Positions 16,761-25,971 of a DNA stretch of 43,644 nt are shown piece after piece. How positions within the stretch are numbered: the stretch's first letter is position 1; each line of letters opens with the position of its first letter. The notes under the pieces were generated by a model, which made no database searches, was not told the DNA's origin, and saw nothing but the letters and a program-made list of their open reading frames with translations. The position numbers and the translations under genes are program-made. Origin of the DNA: a bacterium (lineage in GTDB: Bacteria; Desulfobacterota; Binatia; UBA1149; CAITLU01); NCBI GenBank assembly GCA_003354045.1, contig PIVZ01000001.1, forward strand, positions 1-43,644, read 5' to 3'.

Positions 16761-18361
16761 TGCCCGGCAAGAAGTTCACGGCGAGTCGGCTTGATCGAGC
16801 GATCGGCTACCTCTCTCCGAGGGCCTTGGTCTATCGTCTGCAGGACCGTGCGGCTGCCCAGGCGATGCAGGCGTTGACGGGGGGATACGACTCTGCGCGC
16901 CGCAACCGGCTCAACCAGAACTGGATACCGACGCTCGGCTCCGCCGACACGGACATTCTCCCAGACCTCACCGAGCTCCGGGCCAAGTCACGCTCCCTTC
17001 TCCGTAACGACGGTTACGCACAGGTTGTCGCTTCGATTGTCGATCACGTCGTAGGGACGGGCCTGACGCCACACTCAAGCGTCAATACGACGGCGCTTGG
17101 GATCACCGAAGAGGAGGCAGAGGCGTTCGAGGACCAGGCTGAGGACCTCTTCGAGTTGTGGTGCCCTCACGCGGACGCTCGCGGGATTCTAGATTTCGAT
17201 GCCGTACAGCGCTTAGGCTACCGCGCCGTCCTGGAAGATGGGGAGTTCTTCGCCCGCCGCGTGCGACGCACCGAGATCGCCATGCGGGAACGCGGCACGC
17301 CCTACTCCCCGATGTACGAGATGATCGATCCCGACCGGGTCGTGTCCCCCGATCGTTCCATCATCCGTATGCTCCCCAACAACCGGATGATGAAGCACGG
17401 CATCGAGTGCAATGCCTTCGGCTCGCCGAAGGCATACTGGGTGCTGAAGAAGCATCCGGCCGAGGGGCGGGTTACTCGGGGCAGGAGTGCCTTCGTCCGA
17501 GTACCGGCCTCAGAGATCTTGCACGTCTTCCGCCCACTGAGGGTCGGCCAGACGCGCGGTGTTCCCCATCTGTCTCCAGACCTCGAGACGTTTCACCAGC
17601 TAGGCGAGCTCTTCAAGTACGAATTGGTGACCGCTCAGGTGGGCGCCTGCTATTCGATGTTCCTTGAGCAGGCCGATCCCAATCTAGCTGCTGCTGCGGT
17701 TCCGGGAGAGACCGATATCGATGGCAACAAGGAGCAGTACCTCGAGCCGGGCCTGATAACCCGCTTGAGGAAGGGAGAGAAGCCGCACTCATTCAACCCC
17801 AACCGGCCTGGGGATGCGTTTCCGCCTTTCGTGGAGATTCTACTGCGGAAAATGTCGGCTGGCGCCAATGTTACCTACGAGCATCTCGCCCGGGACTTCT
17901 CAAAGACCAACTTTTCCAGCGGTCGCCAAGCGCAGCAGCTCACGCAGAAGTTCTACCGCAGCGAAAGGGAGATGACGGCGTGCCGCTTTGCGCAGCCAGT
18001 TTGGCGTGAGGTGATGGAGGAGGCTTACCTTGCCGGCGATCTCGAGCCGCCGCGTGGCTCGATCAGAGACCCTCGGCGCAAGGCTTTCTATTACAACGCC
18101 GTGTGGAGCGGCCCTGGCTCCGGGTACGTCGATCCCGTCAAGGAAGTCGCCGCGTCCAAGGCAGCGGTGGACATGGGCATCTCGTCTCTCAGCATCGAGG
18201 CCGCCGGGCAAGGTCGGAACTGGAAGGCCATCATCGACCAGCGATCACGCGAGCAGCGTTACGCCGAGAGGAAAGGGGTCGTCCTCGACGGCCCGAGCCC
18301 AGTTCATCAGACACTTGATGCTGTACGTGAGCGCGAGAACGAAGAGGAGAAGGCAGCGTGA
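16760..18361 (+). CDS. Portal protein, lambda family
   Basis: 533 aa. LRAKSRSLLRNDGYAQ motif. Position after TerL and gpW. Confidence 0.9.
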   Translation: MPGKKFTASRLDRAIGYLSPRALVYRLQDRAAAQAMQALTGGYDSARRNRLNQNWIPTLGSADTDILPDLTELRAKSRSLLRNDGYAQVVASIVDHVVGTGLTPHSSVNTTALGITEEEAEAFEDQAEDLFELWCPHADARGILDFDAVQRLGYRAVLEDGEFFARRVRRTEIAMRERGTPYSPMYEMIDPDRVVSPDRSIIRMLPNNRMMKHGIECNAFGSPKAYWVLKKHPAEGRVTRGRSAFVRVPASEILHVFRPLRVGQTRGVPHLSPDLETFHQLGELFKYELVTAQVGACYSMFLEQADPNLAAAAVPGETDIDGNKEQYLEPGLITRLRKGEKPHSFNPNRPGDAFPPFVEILLRKMSAGANVTYEHLARDFSKTNFSSGRQAQQLTQKFYRSEREMTACRFAQPVWREVMEEAYLAGDLEPPRGSIRDPRRKAFYYNAVWSGPGSGYVDPVKEVAASKAAVDMGISSLSIEAAGQGRNWKAIIDQRSREQRYAERKGVVLDGPSPVHQTLDAVRERENEEEKAA

Positions 18362-19761
18362 GCCAGATCATCGAAGTGTTTGCGCGTCCTTGGGCTCTTG
18401 AACCGTCCGCGCTGCGGGCGCTGGTGGAAACCGTCACGCGCCGTCTTGAGGGCGGAAAAGATGCCGGCGAGGTGGACAAACCACTCGAGGCAAGGACACC
18501 GAAAGGGGACCGTCCGACCGCCGGGATGGAAGTGCAGCACGGTACGGCAGTCATTCCGATCCGTGGATACATCCGCCGGCGACCGATTACGGGCTTCTTC
18601 GGGTTCCTGCTTGGCGGCACCTCCGTCGAGGGGGTACGCGCCGATCTCCAGAGCGCGCTTGCGGAGCCGTCTGTGGAACGGATCGTGTTCGACGTCGACT
18701 CTCCGGGGGGCGGTGTCGATGGAGTGTCAGACCTCGCGGATGAGATACACGCCGCGACCAAGCCTACGGTCGCGTACACAGATGGCCTGATGGCGTCCGC
18801 AGCCTACTGGCTCGGGTCGGCAGCGGATGAGGTGGTGGCGAGCAAGGCGGCGCAGGTGGGCTCGATCGGTGTGTACGCGGCCGTGGATGACTGGAGCGTC
18901 CATTGGCACAACTACGGCATCAAGACGACGATTATCAAAGCCGGCGAGCATAAGGGCGCCGGCCATCCCGACACACCGCTCACGGAGGCCGAGCAGAAGG
19001 TCATCCAAGAAGAGGTTGACGACTATTACGGCCTCTTCACGAAGGCGATTTCGACTTACCGAGGTATGACCGAGGCCGAAGCCAGACAAGTAGGTGACGG
19101 CCGGGTCTTCATCGCGACCAAGGCCCAGGAGAAGGGCCTGGTGGACAAGATCCAGAGCCGCGTTGAGTTCGACGCGACGCTGGCAGAACCAAGCACAGGA
19201 GAGGCAAGGGCTATGGCAGACAAGACGGAAGCAGAGAAGAAGGCAGCCGAAGAGAAAGCAGCGGCCGAGAAGGCGGCAGCCGACAAGAAGGCGGCTGAGG
19301 CCAAGGCGGCAGCCGATAAGGCGGCTGAGGCGGAAGCGGCAGCGGGTCAGACCGGAGCAGCCTCCCCCGATGCGGCAGCGATATTGGTGAAGGCACGCGA
19401 GGAGGAGCGCTCTCGCATTACTGCGCTCACGGCACTCAAGGCGGACTACCCGGAGCACGAGGAGCTCATCGATCAGTGCATCGGTGATGGCACGACCGAG
19501 GCGGCCACCCAGCTGCTTCTGTTCGCCAGCGACCGCAAGCTCCGGAAGGTCGATCTCACGAAGCGCCGCAGCGAGGACACTGAGGCTCTCGCTGGCGGCA
19601 ACACGGACGACGGTGCCGGCAAGAAGTTCGACGCGGCCGAGGTCAAAGCGGCCTACGAGGACGGCGACGAGGCACTGAAGAGTAAGTACACCTCCGCGGA
19701 GCAGGCGGTGCGGTTTGAGCGCGCGCTGGTGCAGGAGCGGAAGGAGCCGGCCCGGGCCTAG
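18358..19761 (+). CDS. Head maturation protease (S49/SppA, lambda gpC-like) fused to scaffold-like C-terminus
   Basis: SPGGGVDGVSDLADEI...GLMASAAYWLGSAADEVVASKAAQVGSIGV is an S49 signature. The C-terminal half is an A/E/K-rich helical region. Confidence 0.85.
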   Translation: MSQIIEVFARPWALEPSALRALVETVTRRLEGGKDAGEVDKPLEARTPKGDRPTAGMEVQHGTAVIPIRGYIRRRPITGFFGFLLGGTSVEGVRADLQSALAEPSVERIVFDVDSPGGGVDGVSDLADEIHAATKPTVAYTDGLMASAAYWLGSAADEVVASKAAQVGSIGVYAAVDDWSVHWHNYGIKTTIIKAGEHKGAGHPDTPLTEAEQKVIQEEVDDYYGLFTKAISTYRGMTEAEARQVGDGRVFIATKAQEKGLVDKIQSRVEFDATLAEPSTGEARAMADKTEAEKKAAEEKAAAEKAAADKKAAEAKAAADKAAEAEAAAGQTGAASPDAAAILVKAREEERSRITALTALKADYPEHEELIDQCIGDGTTEAATQLLLFASDRKLRKVDLTKRRSEDTEALAGGNTDDGAGKKFDAAEVKAAYEDGDEALKSKYTSAEQAVRFERALVQERKEPARA

Positions 19762-19793
19762 TAAGGGCCTCGAGGCGAAGGAGGTAAGAGGAA

Positions 19794-20585
19794 ATGGCAA
19801 CTCTGTCAGCAGATAAGCCCCGTGTTTACGGGCACACCATCAGCAACAACGACCCGCCGGTCATTGCGTCGGACATTATCTTTTCCGGCGCTGCGGCTGG
19901 CAACAACGGCAGTGGATACGCAAGGCCTCTCGAGGCCGGCGATCCGTTCATGGGATTCGCGTCCGCGCGCGCGGACAACTCGAGTGGCTCTGCTGGCGAC
20001 AAGCGTGCGCACTGTCGCTCGGAGGGCTACGCCTGGCTCCCGGTAACGGGAATCGACGGTGTGGACGACGTGGGCAAGCCCGTCCATGCGAGCGACGACG
20101 ACACTTTCACTACGACCAGGTCCGGCAACTCGTACATCGGCGAGTCCATTCTGTACGACGCGACCCGGAGCCTCACGCTCGTTCGGTACATCGCCAATCA
20201 GCCGCTCGCGGCGATCGCGGACGGTGCGACGGACGCGGCGACGGACGCGGCGGTGGACGGTGCGACGGATTCGGCAGCGGATGCCTCGGTGAGTGCTCCG
20301 ACGGATGCTGTGACATCGCACGACGCTAACGCGTCGTTCAGTGACACCGAGATAGAGGGAATGCTCGACGCTCTCGGCACGAAGATCAACGCCGTCGGCA
20401 CCGCGTACAACGCCGCAGCGGCCAAGTACAACACCGCCGCGACCAACCTGAACGCCCTGGCGACGAAGTACAACGCGGCTATGGGCAAGTACAACGCCGC
20501 TGCGGGCAAATACAACACGGCTGCAGCCAAGCTCAACGCCGTGATCGACGCCCTCGAGCAGAAGGGCATCATCGTACCCTCGTAG
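19794..20585 (+). CDS. Head decoration protein (gpD position) with C-terminal heptad-repeat extension
   Basis: Lies between the protease/scaffold and the capsid gene. Globular N-domain, then a D/A/T-rich linker, then about 8 heptads of xKYNxAA. Confidence 0.55.
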   Translation: MATLSADKPRVYGHTISNNDPPVIASDIIFSGAAAGNNGSGYARPLEAGDPFMGFASARADNSSGSAGDKRAHCRSEGYAWLPVTGIDGVDDVGKPVHASDDDTFTTTRSGNSYIGESILYDATRSLTLVRYIANQPLAAIADGATDAATDAAVDGATDSAADASVSAPTDAVTSHDANASFSDTEIEGMLDALGTKINAVGTAYNAAAAKYNTAATNLNALATKYNAAMGKYNAAAGKYNTAAAKLNAVIDALEQKGIIVPS

Positions 20586-20612
20586 GGCGACGGTGGAAGG
20601 AGGTTAGAGAAG

Positions 20613-21581
20613 ATGCCACTTCAGGAAACCATCACGTCACGGACCATCCACCGGATGATCCTCAATGACCTCGGGCGCACCGAGCTCCCTGCATGGGTGT
20701 GGGGCTTGGTGTTGGGCGGCACGCCGATGCAGTCCAACTCGCCGTCGGAGAAGTACGCGGATCTGATGACCGCTCCCAAGATGCAGGAGTGGCTCGGTGA
20801 GCGTGCGGCTGCCGAGATCGGCGAGTTCACGTTCGAGATCCAGAACGTCAAGTATGAGGCGACGATCGACATCCTCAAGGACTGGCTGCGCTACCAGAAG
20901 CTCGGTCTGATCGACGACCGTGTGCAGTCACTCCCTCGGCGATCCGACCAGCAATGGCTCTCGCTGGTGTTCGCCCTGATCGCCGGTGGTGAGTCGGCGG
21001 CCTGTTATGACGAGCAGTACTTCTTCGACACGGACCATCCGACGGGGAAGGACACGGGCACAACTCAGTCGAATGACATCGGTGTGGACATCTCGGATGC
21101 GCCGGCCCTGAAGGCGGGGACCACGACCAATCCGAGCGTGGGCGAGGCCGCTTACGTCATCGGTAAGTGCATCGAGCAGATTGTGGCCTTCACGGATGAC
21201 CAGGGCGAGTACATGAACGAGCTGGCGAGCCAGTTCCTCGTGACGGTGCCGTTGAGTCTGTGGCGACCGTTTGCGGCTGCTGCCATCGGGACGCCGAAAG
21301 AGCGTGACGATGCCATTCAGTCCTTGGCGGCTGCGGAGGTCGGTATCACGGTCAAAGCCAGCCCGCGCTTGAGTGCGTGGACCACGAAGGTCGCCGTGTT
21401 CGCTCTGGACGTGCCGCAGCGGCCCCTCGTCCTCCAGGAGGTCGGGACGCCCGAGGTTACGAAGAAGGCTGAGGGGTCGGACTACGAGCACGATACCGAC
21501 CGCCACCAGCACGGCATCATGGCGATCCGTGGCGCGGGTTACGGTGCGTGGCAGTCCTGCTGCCTCGGCACGATGACGTAA
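20613..21581 (+). CDS. Major capsid protein (Mu gpT-like family)
   Basis: APKMQEWLGERAAAEIGEFTFEIQNVKYEATIDI and CYDEQYFFDTDHP resemble the gpT major head subunit. Synteny supports the call. Confidence 0.75.
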   Translation: MPLQETITSRTIHRMILNDLGRTELPAWVWGLVLGGTPMQSNSPSEKYADLMTAPKMQEWLGERAAAEIGEFTFEIQNVKYEATIDILKDWLRYQKLGLIDDRVQSLPRRSDQQWLSLVFALIAGGESAACYDEQYFFDTDHPTGKDTGTTQSNDIGVDISDAPALKAGTTTNPSVGEAAYVIGKCIEQIVAFTDDQGEYMNELASQFLVTVPLSLWRPFAAAAIGTPKERDDAIQSLAAAEVGITVKASPRLSAWTTKVAVFALDVPQRPLVLQEVGTPEVTKKAEGSDYEHDTDRHQHGIMAIRGAGYGAWQSCCLGTMT

Positions 21582-21593
21582 GGAGTGGGTGAC

Positions 21594-22037
21594 ATGGCAC
21601 GCACAAGAGCACAGCTCGAGGTCAAGGCCGGCGGGGAGCAATCCCCGGCCGGCACCATCCAGGGCATGGCCCCCGAGGGAATCAGCCTACGGAGGCTTTC
21701 CCAGGTGATCACAGCCAAGGACGTCTCCTGCGGCCTGGCCGACGGAGGAGGAATGGCGCTTCGTATGAAGCGATCCATAATCCTCGGCGGTACGAAGTGT
21801 GAGGTGGGCCACGCGGTCTTCGAGGGGAAGCTCTCCGAGGATCTCGACGTGGAGCAGGTCACGCTGGCGATCGCCGAGAGTCGGGTGACGATCGCCACGA
21901 AGGAAAGCAAGGCCGCGGCTGCGAAGGCTGCGAAGGCTGCGAAGGCTAAGGAAGCTGCGGAAGCCGAGGAAGCGGCGGCGGCTGAGGAAGCGGCAGCTGC
22001 CGAGGCTTCGGGGGCCGACGACACCGGTGCCGACTAG
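21594..22037 (+). CDS. Hypothetical head-associated protein with A/K/E-rich tail
   Basis: ATG 21594 lies 8 nt after AAGGAG. The C-terminus reads KAAAAKAAKAAKAKEAAEAEEAAAAEE. Confidence 0.55.
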   Translation: MARTRAQLEVKAGGEQSPAGTIQGMAPEGISLRRLSQVITAKDVSCGLADGGGMALRMKRSIILGGTKCEVGHAVFEGKLSEDLDVEQVTLAIAESRVTIATKESKAAAAKAAKAAKAKEAAEAEEAAAAEEAAAAEASGADDTGAD

Positions 22038-22051
22038 GCCCTGAGGGTGAG

Positions 22052-22399
22052 GTGAGCTTTGAGGACGTCAGGGCGGCGGACGCTGTCAATGTGTTCGCCA
22101 ACCCCGACGAGTTCGGGGAGGAGCTCACCTACACCCCTCACGGTGGTTCTCCGACAACTGTGCGGGCGGTCGTCACGCGTCATCCAGAACGTGCCGACCC
22201 CTCGCGCAGGTACAAGGCTGATGAGATGGAGATCTCGATACCCAACGATGCGGACGATGGGGTCACGGCTGTTACGCGCGGCCAGGACCTCGTTGCTGTT
22301 GCCCCAATCATCGGGGGTGCGGTGCAGACGTGCCGGGTCATCGATATTCTCTACCACGACTCGGCTATGTGGCGCCTGAAGGTGCGAGGGGGAACCTGA
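22052..22399 (+). CDS. Head-tail connector/adaptor protein (putative)
   Basis: 115 aa. Position after the capsid gene. Opening FANPDEFGEELTYTP is typical of head-completion proteins. Confidence 0.5.
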   Translation: MSFEDVRAADAVNVFANPDEFGEELTYTPHGGSPTTVRAVVTRHPERADPSRRYKADEMEISIPNDADDGVTAVTRGQDLVAVAPIIGGAVQTCRVIDILYHDSAMWRLKVRGGT

Positions 22400-23049
22400 T
22401 GCCGTCCGCCGAGCTCAAGGTTCACGACGGCGCTGTACGCTATGCGATGCAGCGTCTCCCTAAGGTTCTGCACAGGGAGTTCAAGCGCGAGCTTTTCTGG
22501 ATGCTCAAGGGGCATCGGAAGGAAGTGGGCCGGGCATTCGGTTCTAGGACTCCCGCTAAGCGCCGTGCGGCCGAGCGTTGGGTCACTAGCCAGATTGCGC
22601 AGTATAGGCGGGGAGATACCCTTGCCACTCTTCTTGGGGGCTCCTTTACCCGCTCTCGCGCGCTGGAGGCACATCAAGAAGGGCGTGTCATCACTCCCCA
22701 GAAAGGCGGCGAGATGTTCATCCCGATCGCGGATGCGCTCACCGCCACAGGGCGACTCAAGAAACGCTACAAAGTACGGCGCGACGGACTCCCCCCTGCG
22801 TTCTCTCTTAAGGCGGCCCATAACGTGCAAGTTATCAAGATGCGCGGCCGGACATTTGCGGTCATCCCGGACGAAGAGCAAGGGGGGATTAAGGAGCTGA
22901 TCGCGGTAGGCGTGAAGCGGACACACCTCGACCCGCGGCTGGACTTCTTCGGAGCTTGGGATCGACTACTAGCCAAGCGCCAAAAGGCCCTCAATAAGGC
23001 GGTCAACCGAACGTTGAAGGCAATAGGGGACCGGGGGAAGAGACCGTGA
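22399..23049 (+). CDS. Virion morphogenesis/neck protein (hypothetical)
   Basis: ATG 22399 overlaps the previous stop. 216 aa, in the head-tail joining block. Confidence 0.5.
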   Translation: MPSAELKVHDGAVRYAMQRLPKVLHREFKRELFWMLKGHRKEVGRAFGSRTPAKRRAAERWVTSQIAQYRRGDTLATLLGGSFTRSRALEAHQEGRVITPQKGGEMFIPIADALTATGRLKKRYKVRRDGLPPAFSLKAAHNVQVIKMRGRTFAVIPDEEQGGIKELIAVGVKRTHLDPRLDFFGAWDRLLAKRQKALNKAVNRTLKAIGDRGKRP

Positions 23050-23513
23050 CCGCAATCATCGAGAGCATCGTTGCTGACATCGAGACGACTGTTGCGGCGA
23101 TCGCTACGGGCAGCGGTTACGACATCACGATGCAAGATGTGACGCGCTATGAATCCGAGGGGACGTTCCCGTCTGGTCTACCTGGCGCAGTCGTCACGTG
23201 GGGTCCTATGCGCCCCCTACAGGAAGCGGCCGGCTACCAAGAATGGGCGGCGGAGGTAATCGTTGACGCATACACCGTCCACAACCCGGACGAGGATGCG
23301 CGATCCAGCGACGCACTAGGCATCGAGCTCGCGGCGAATATCCAGAAGGCGATGATGCAAGACCGGCAACGAGATGGCAACGCGATCAACACGACGCTTG
23401 GCCGTGTTGACCCCTTTCCTGTGGACGAAGAGGGCGGGCGAATCATCAATGTAGCGGTAGCCTTTGAGATCATTTTTCGCCACCGCGTAGCCGATCCGGG
23501 GGTGGCGAACTGA
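23046..23513 (+). CDS. Tail completion protein (putative)
   Basis: 155 aa, GTGA-coupled. Assigned by synteny (lambda Z/U region). Confidence 0.5.
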   Translation: MTAIIESIVADIETTVAAIATGSGYDITMQDVTRYESEGTFPSGLPGAVVTWGPMRPLQEAAGYQEWAAEVIVDAYTVHNPDEDARSSDALGIELAANIQKAMMQDRQRDGNAINTTLGRVDPFPVDEEGGRIINVAVAFEIIFRHRVADPGVAN

Positions 23514-23848
23514 TGCCAACCCTCAGCCTAGTTCCAGAGATTGAGAGCGACGTGACGGAAGAGTTTGCGGTGCTGCAATCGCCGGATCTCGGGATAGTGC
23601 AGCGGCGAGTGAAGCACGAGCAGAAGATGAGGCGGTTGAGTCTGGTGTGGCCCACCGCGACGCCGGCGGAGCTCGCCACGCTCCAAGAGCTCCATGAGGA
23701 GGTCCGAGGCCGCGCCGGGGTCTTCAACTACCAGCCAGTGGATGATGCGGCCGCCTCTGAGTGGCGGTTCGCGGAGGACGAGTTCCCTTGGAACGAGGCC
23801 AGTGCAGCACAGGCCCAAGTCGAGGTGACGATAGAGGAGGCTTTGTAA
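23513..23848 (+). CDS. Tail terminator-position protein (putative)
   Basis: 111 aa, immediately upstream of the tail tube gene. Confidence 0.45.
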   Translation: MPTLSLVPEIESDVTEEFAVLQSPDLGIVQRRVKHEQKMRRLSLVWPTATPAELATLQELHEEVRGRAGVFNYQPVDDAAASEWRFAEDEFPWNEASAAQAQVEVTIEEAL

Positions 23849-23849
23849 G

Positions 23850-25220
23850 ATGCCTGAAGTCAAACAGATACGACAATTCGCACTCAAGACAGAGGCCGTA
23901 GAGGGCACTGCAGAGACCCTGGCGGCCGCCGACGTCATCGAGGTTATCGAGCCGAAACTCTCTCCCGCTGTGGAGAAGAGCGCCCGGAACCCGGCACGCT
24001 CGACGCTGGGGCGCAAGAAGGCGAAGGTCGGGGGAGGAACGGCTCCGGCTTCTTTCCAGGTGGAGCTCCGCGGCACGGGCACGGCCACCGAGCTGCCCGA
24101 CTATATGAAGGTCCTACACTACGGTGGGTGGCGCCTTGAGCATGCCTACTCGATTGCCATAGGCGCGATCGCTAGCGGTCCCTTTCAGCACGGAGAAACC
24201 ATCACGGGTGGAACCTCGAGCGCAACCGGGCGCGTACTGTTTCCCACTGCCGATGGGGCCGCTTCCGTCTACTTCGTGCCGATCTCGGGCACCCTCCAGA
24301 CCGGGGAGGTCCTCACGGGTGGCACTTCGGGTGCAACGGCGACCTCGAGCGGAGCTCCCGCGGCGCTCGGTCGGGCAGCTCGTCCGTTCAGCCCTGGCAC
24401 CTTCCGGTCCATTGCCATAGGCGCGGTCACCAGTGGCCCCTTCCAGGCTGGCGAGAGGATCACGGGCGGCACCTCGAGCGCAAACGGCCGCGTGCTGCAA
24501 TCGACCAAGACCGGCGACTCCACACTCTACTTTGAGTCGCTCTCCGGCACCTTCCAGAATTCGGAGGTCCTGACCGGTGAGGATTCGGGCGCCACGGCGA
24601 CCTCGAGCGCCGGGCCGGCGGATGCCCACTACGGTGGCGCCTCGGCCACGATCGGCCTTTACGAGGGGCTGCTGATCAAGAAGGCCAAGGGTGCGCGCTG
24701 CAAGACGAAGCTCGTCTTCGAGGAAGCGAAGCCCTGCCACGTAGAGGCCGAGTTCGAAGCGGTGAGGGATTCCGAGACGGACGGGAGTCTGCTTTCTGGC
24801 ACTTCTCCACTCGCAACGGCTCCTCCCGTCTTCGATGGCAGTGTGCTCACCTACGGGACCTACTCCCCGATCTTCGAGCGGATGGAGATCGATATGGGAG
24901 TGGCGCTCTCTCCGAGACGGAGTGGAAGCAACCCTCTCTCCTACTACGTTACCGACAGGGAGCCCACGTTCTCGATTGACCCGGAGGTGGTCTCCGAGGC
25001 CACGCAGGCTTTCTTCGGGGACTGGGCCGCCGACACCGAGCGAGTGATCGACGTGGTCATCGGGAGCTCTGCTGGCAACCGTGCACGTATATACGTGCCG
25101 GAGATGCAACTTAACGAAGTGGCGGACGGTGAGCGCGAGAGCATCGTTACGCACGGGCTCTCCGGGCAACTCAACGACAGCAGCGACGCGGACCAGGACT
25201 TAACCATTCTCTCGTACTGA
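23850..25220 (+). CDS. Major tail (tube) protein with inserted duplicated GGTS-motif domain
   Basis: Lies directly upstream of the G/GT chaperone pair. The N- and C-terminal parts look tube-like. aa ~101-253 are two ~66-aa repeats. Confidence 0.65.
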   Translation: MPEVKQIRQFALKTEAVEGTAETLAAADVIEVIEPKLSPAVEKSARNPARSTLGRKKAKVGGGTAPASFQVELRGTGTATELPDYMKVLHYGGWRLEHAYSIAIGAIASGPFQHGETITGGTSSATGRVLFPTADGAASVYFVPISGTLQTGEVLTGGTSGATATSSGAPAALGRAARPFSPGTFRSIAIGAVTSGPFQAGERITGGTSSANGRVLQSTKTGDSTLYFESLSGTFQNSEVLTGEDSGATATSSAGPADAHYGGASATIGLYEGLLIKKAKGARCKTKLVFEEAKPCHVEAEFEAVRDSETDGSLLSGTSPLATAPPVFDGSVLTYGTYSPIFERMEIDMGVALSPRRSGSNPLSYYVTDREPTFSIDPEVVSEATQAFFGDWAADTERVIDVVIGSSAGNRARIYVPEMQLNEVADGERESIVTHGLSGQLNDSSDADQDLTILSY

Positions 25221-25240
25221 GACGGGAGCAGGGGGCAAGG

Positions 25241-25681
25241 ATGCCGATAAGGACGAGAAAGGACGAGACGTGGGAGCAGGAGGTCAAGGGCGAGGAAGGG
25301 ACCATTACGGTCACTCTCGGGAGCCTCAAGAAGCGTGCGTACGCCAAGGTCATGCGACTGTTTGGGAAGTACCTGAAGCGCGACGAGGATGGCGGAATAC
25401 CCGAGAAGCCCGAGCTCGACGAGTCCAAATGCATCGAAGCGTTCGATGAGTTTGTGGCGGATCTACAGGCAATAGCCGCCTTGGGCCTGCGCGGCATCCA
25501 GGGTGTTCTCAGCCCTAACGGGGAAGAATTACCCCTGCCGGCTGGCCATGATGACCGCCTCGATTATCTCGACTCCTACATCGAGTCGGACATGCTCCAG
25601 CAAATCGCCACGGCGATTGTTGGAGGGAACGTCCTAGGCAAGGACGAAGCGGGAAACTCGCGATCGCCGCAAAGCTCCTAA
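25241..25681 (+). CDS. Tail assembly chaperone (lambda G analogue)
   Basis: 146 aa, acidic, between the tube and tape measure genes. Contains the slippery heptamer near its 3' end. Confidence 0.75.
   Translation: MPIRTRKDETWEQEVKGEEGTITVTLGSLKKRAYAKVMRLFGKYLKRDEDGGIPEKPELDESKCIEAFDEFVADLQAIAALGLRGIQGVLSPNGEELPLPAGHDDRLDYLDSYIESDMLQQIATAIVGGNVLGKDEAGNSRSPQSS
25651..25657 (+). promoter_or_regulatory. -1 programmed ribosomal frameshift slippery site G_GGA_AAC
   Basis: X_XXY_YYZ heptamer in the zero frame of the chaperone gene. The -1 frame is open from 25555 to 25971. Confidence 0.75.
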
Positions 25682-25971
25682 CCGGGGGCTTTCCAGAACA
25701 TCAGGAGGGCTGTCCTTCTGATGAGTCGTTGCGGCGGCGACTAGGATGCGATGGGGATGCGGAGGCGGCGACATTCATACTTGGAGATGAGCGGCACCAC
25801 CGCTGCCCGCTCTACTACATGGCCGGTCTTGAGGATTTTCTCCTCGCTTATCACTACTACCGGGCCGGCTTCCTTCCCGAGTCTGGCGGCATCGAGGATC
25901 AGCCGGTGACCTTCCTTGAGGCGGCGAGAGTCATGGATGCGGAAATAGCGAGTAACCTGGCGGATGGCTGA
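25657..25971 (+). CDS. -1 frame extension of the tail assembly chaperone (lambda GT analogue; fusion = 25241..25657 + 25657..25971, about 243 aa)
   Basis: Track ORF 25729-25971 is in the -1 frame relative to 25241-25681 and has no good independent start (TTG). It ends 8 nt into the tape measure gene. Confidence 0.7.
   Translation, partial: LAIAAKLLTGGFPEHQEGCPSDESLRRRLGCDGDAEAATFILGDERHHRCPLYYMAGLEDFLLAYHYYRAGFLPESGGIEDQPVTFLEAARVMDAEIASNLADG

Noticed and set aside
21917-21945. Tandem 9-nt repeats (gctgcgaag x3) and other A/K/E-rich tracts in head genes (also 19225-19345 and 13625-13720)
   Set aside because: They encode low-complexity helical or basic tails typical of scaffold, decoration and TerS proteins. 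No independent DNA-level function is suggested.
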